A DNA stretch of 63,372 nucleotides, the filler included, from Hyphochytrium catenoides (Eukaryota > Protista > Hyphochytriomycota): the NCBI GenBank assembly GCA_900088475.1. It is 7 parts of 7 records of this genome, joined end to end, with 100 filler letters (N's around TTAATTAATTAA, not from the genome) between each part and the next. Parts side by side here need not be neighbours in the genome. Positions count along the whole stretch, not along the records: positions 47,335 to 63,372 come from FLMG01002748.1; 6 more parts are not named here. One strand, written 5' to 3'. Shown here piece by piece: positions 63,050 through 63,372 of this stretch; within the stretch, counting starts at the first letter, position 1; each line of letters opens with the position of its first letter. Position numbers and translations under genes: made by a program. The notes below the pieces were generated by a model. The model ran no database searches and was not told the origin of the DNA. It saw nothing but the letters and a program-made list of their open reading frames with translations.

Positions 63050-63372
63050 CCCTTTACCCTCTTTTGAATACGTTGTGAAGGGCTACCACGGCACAGTTGT
63101 TTGCCTTTCTTTTGAATCTGAGGTGCAGGGAGTAAGATAGAGCAGCTGCAAAAGAGGCTGCTCTGCCTAATCACTGAGATCTTCTGCTGGGCAGGGAAGA
63201 GAGGGAGGGAAACACAGAAAAGAGAGAGAGAGAGAGGTTCACCTCCTCTAGCAAGAAGATCCACAAGAAAGATCAAAGAGAAAGGAGACTTCAGCGTTCA
63301 TTGCCCATCAATCCACAGTCGCACTGTGGGTTATTAGAGAGAAGCGAAGATCTCTCTCTCTCTCTCTCTCTC

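Larger units (their letters stand above)
3477..63372. repeat. Pervasive (GA)n/(CT)n microsatellite and polypurine-polypyrimidine tracts in introns, UTRs and some exons
   Basis: Directly visible throughout, e.g. 13955-14165, 23680-24000, 48420-48575, 52500-52695, 62360-62410; most internal N gaps sit inside such tracts. Confidence 0.97.

Noticed and set aside
1-63372. rRNA, tRNA or other structured ncRNA genes; alternative genetic code
   Set aside because: None recognised by eye; TAA, TAG and TGA all terminate modelled genes and conserved exons have no in-frame stops.

Overview
Eukaryotic (protist-type; lineage not determinable from this window) draft-assembly sequence made of 7 separate scaffolds joined by artificial 100-bp linkers (44 N + TTAATTAATTAA + 44 N), so adjacency across linkers is meaningless. 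The DNA is saturated with (GA)n/(CT)n polypurine-polypyrimidine tracts, which generate most ORFs in the supplied track (ER/SL repeats, spurious). By hand-splicing GT-AG introns with phase checking I reconstruct: a >=1335-aa 18-exon coiled-coil protein; a 96-aa single-TM microprotein; a hypothetical charged protein; a multi-TM protein; a Psd2-type phosphatidylserine decarboxylase; a 412-aa MTFR/PRR11-like protein ending in a WH2-C-acidic-Trp (WCA/VCA-like) module plus a second WH2-like helix; an RS/K-rich nuclear protein; a PX+VPS9 protein; an RCC1-repeat protein with an inserted F-type lectin domain; a decayed Ty1/copia-like remnant; THOC1; an ABC half-transporter-like protein with all ATPase motifs degenerate; and a bHLH factor. 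Best candidates for new biology: (1) the WCA-bearing protein as a non-canonical Arp2/3 nucleation-promoting factor, (2) a consistent 5'-GA to 3'-CT self-complementary polarity of introns, with some purine-only introns lacking a polypyrimidine tract, (3) the RCC1/F-type-lectin fusion, (4) the pseudo-ATPase ABC protein. All family assignments are by motif recognition from memory; no searches were run.
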